28,509 nucleotides of DNA, from IMG/VR virus record IMGVR_UViG_3300020045_015702, positions 1-28,509 of that record; one strand, written 5' to 3'. The position numbers and the translations under genes were made by a program. Of the stretch, positions 26,802-28,509 are shown one piece after another; position 1 is the stretch's first letter, and each line of letters begins with the position of its first letter. The notes beneath the pieces were generated by a model. That model searched no databases and was not told where the DNA came from. It worked only from the letters and a program-made list of their open reading frames with translations. This DNA comes from a virus. Its lineage: Duplodnaviria > Caudoviricetes.

Positions 26802-28420
26802 TGGAAGAAAGCGTAAAAATTTACTGGATTGATTTGTTTTGTGGAGCTGGTGGAACTTCTACCGGAATTCATTTAGCAAATCCAAATACAAAGGTTTTAG
26901 CTTGTGTAAATCACGATGCAAACGCTATTAAATCTCACTTCGAAAATCATCCTGATGCACATCATTTTACTGAAGATATCAGGGATTTTGCAGTCGTGTT
27001 GAAGTTAAAAAAAATAGTTGACGACATAAGAGAAAATGAGCCAGATGCGATAATAAACATCTGGGCATCTCTCGAATGTACCAACTTTTCAAAAGCCAAA
27101 GGAGGTCAGGCACGTGATGCGGACAGCAGGACGTTGGCCGAGCATATGTTTATGTATCTGCAAGAAATTGAACCTGATTATTTCTGGGTTGAAAATGTTC
27201 GTGAATTTATGTCTTGGGGTCCTTTGGATGAAAACGGAAAACCAATTTCAAGAACCGAGGGAAAGGATTATGTGAAATGGATTGAAAAAGTAAGATCATA
27301 CGGATTTAGATCTGATTCTAAACTTCTTAATTCTGCAAATTATGGAGCTTATCAAAGCCGTGAACGTTTATTCATCCAATTTGCAAAATACGATTTACCT
27401 ATTCAATGGCCGGACCAAACGCATACAAAAGACAAAATAGAAAGTACTTTATTTCCAATGGAAAAATGGAAGCCAGTTCGCGAAGTATTAGATTTAGAAG
27501 ATGAGGGCGTGAGTATCTTTCAAAGAAAAAAAGAGCTTTCAGATAACACGCTGAAAAGAATTTACGCCGGACTTTTAAAGTTTGTTGCCAATGGTCACGA
27601 AGTATTTACTAAAAGATACAATGGCGGTAAAATTCACCCAGAGCAAAAAGTAAATTCTATTGAAAAACCTATGGGAACTATCTGCACTGGAGGAACTCAC
27701 GCTTTAGTAAAATCTGTTTTTATCCAACAGCGAAATTCAGGCGAACCAAATTCAAAAGTAATAAGTGTTGATAGACCAGCGAGAACAGTTACAAATACCG
27801 GAGGAAATCAGGAAATAGTCACAGCTTCGCATCTTTCAACATATTACGGAAACTTTGGTTTACACTCCATTGAAAGTCCATCTCCAACGATTACGACAAA
27901 AGACAGGGTTACAAAAGTTGACGTGAATTTCATCGACCAACAATATGGTAATTCGCTTCCATCGGATGTGGAAAGTCCAATAAATACTTTGACACAAAAC
28001 CCAAAGTTTAATTTGGTGAAAGCACAACAATACATTTTTAATCCTGCTTGGGGTGGAAATAATGGAAGCATCGACAATCCTTGTTGTACCATTGTGGCAC
28101 GTCAAGACAAAGCGCCGCTTTATCTGGTTTCTACAGAATTAGGACAAATTACCATTCCAGTTTATGAAAGTGATTCTGAAACAATGATTAAAATCAAGGA
28201 GTTTATGGTAAGTCACGGAGTAATTGACATCAAAATGAGAATGCTCAATATTCCAGAATTGAAACAAATTCAAGGATTCCCAAAAAATTATAAGTTAATC
28301 GGAAATCAAACGGAACAAAAGAAATTTATTGGAAATGCTGTTGAAGTCAATCAGGCAAAAGCCTTGGTGGAATGCAATTATAATTCACTGATAAATCATT
28401 ATTTGAAAATAGCAATCTAA
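26801..28420 (+). CDS. C5-cytosine DNA methyltransferase
   Basis: DLFCGAGG, ASLECTNFS, ENV.EF, QSRERLF, RML...EL..IQGFP, IGNAV. Confidence 0.9.
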   Translation: MEESVKIYWIDLFCGAGGTSTGIHLANPNTKVLACVNHDANAIKSHFENHPDAHHFTEDIRDFAVVLKLKKIVDDIRENEPDAIINIWASLECTNFSKAKGGQARDADSRTLAEHMFMYLQEIEPDYFWVENVREFMSWGPLDENGKPISRTEGKDYVKWIEKVRSYGFRSDSKLLNSANYGAYQSRERLFIQFAKYDLPIQWPDQTHTKDKIESTLFPMEKWKPVREVLDLEDEGVSIFQRKKELSDNTLKRIYAGLLKFVANGHEVFTKRYNGGKIHPEQKVNSIEKPMGTICTGGTHALVKSVFIQQRNSGEPNSKVISVDRPARTVTNTGGNQEIVTASHLSTYYGNFGLHSIESPSPTITTKDRVTKVDVNFIDQQYGNSLPSDVESPINTLTQNPKFNLVKAQQYIFNPAWGGNNGSIDNPCCTIVARQDKAPLYLVSTELGQITIPVYESDSETMIKIKEFMVSHGVIDIKMRMLNIPELKQIQGFPKNYKLIGNQTEQKKFIGNAVEVNQAKALVECNYNSLINHYLKIAI

Positions 28421-28509
28421 ATGAACCAGCTTAACCTTTTCGAAGAATACGAAATAGACCAGAAAAACGAGATACTTTCAAAAGCTGCCGATGCTATATT
28501 GGCAGCCTT
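28421..28509 (+). CDS. Partial ORF running off the window
   Basis: ATG directly after the methylase stop; MNQLNLFEEYEID..., open to the end. Confidence 0.55.
   Translation, partial: MNQLNLFEEYEIDQKNEILSKAADAILAA

Noticed and set aside
24299-28105. Numerous antisense and alternate-frame ORFs within the methylase genes and other long CDSs
   Set aside because: Shadow ORFs of well-supported coding genes with no independent motifs

Overview
AT-rich temperate phage or prophage segment. A Bacteroidota (Flavobacterium-like) host is inferred from TAnnTTTG promoter elements and gene content. Order: rearranged tail-fibre/adhesin region (1-5.8 kb), lysis cassette (holin, muramidase endolysin, spanin-like), small moron operon, CI/Cro-like switch with a long and apparently structured non-coding leader, then an early recombination/replication operon (HNH, Rad50-like ATPase, MBL nuclease, DEDDh exonuclease, NinB-like, initiator, loader ATPase) and two DNA methyltransferases. 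The standout is an intact diversity-generating retroelement (DGR) inside the early operon. It has a reverse transcriptase, a 77-nt template repeat and two variable repeats that differ from the template only at adenines. Its targets are two small tandem paralogous proteins that look cytoplasmic, not the tail adhesins, and no recognisable avd gene is present. Secondary signals are a candidate pseudoknotted leader RNA, zig-zag inversion junctions around paralogous adhesin cassettes, and a direct-repeat-flanked cassette before the holin. Product calls come from motif recognition only; no searches were run.
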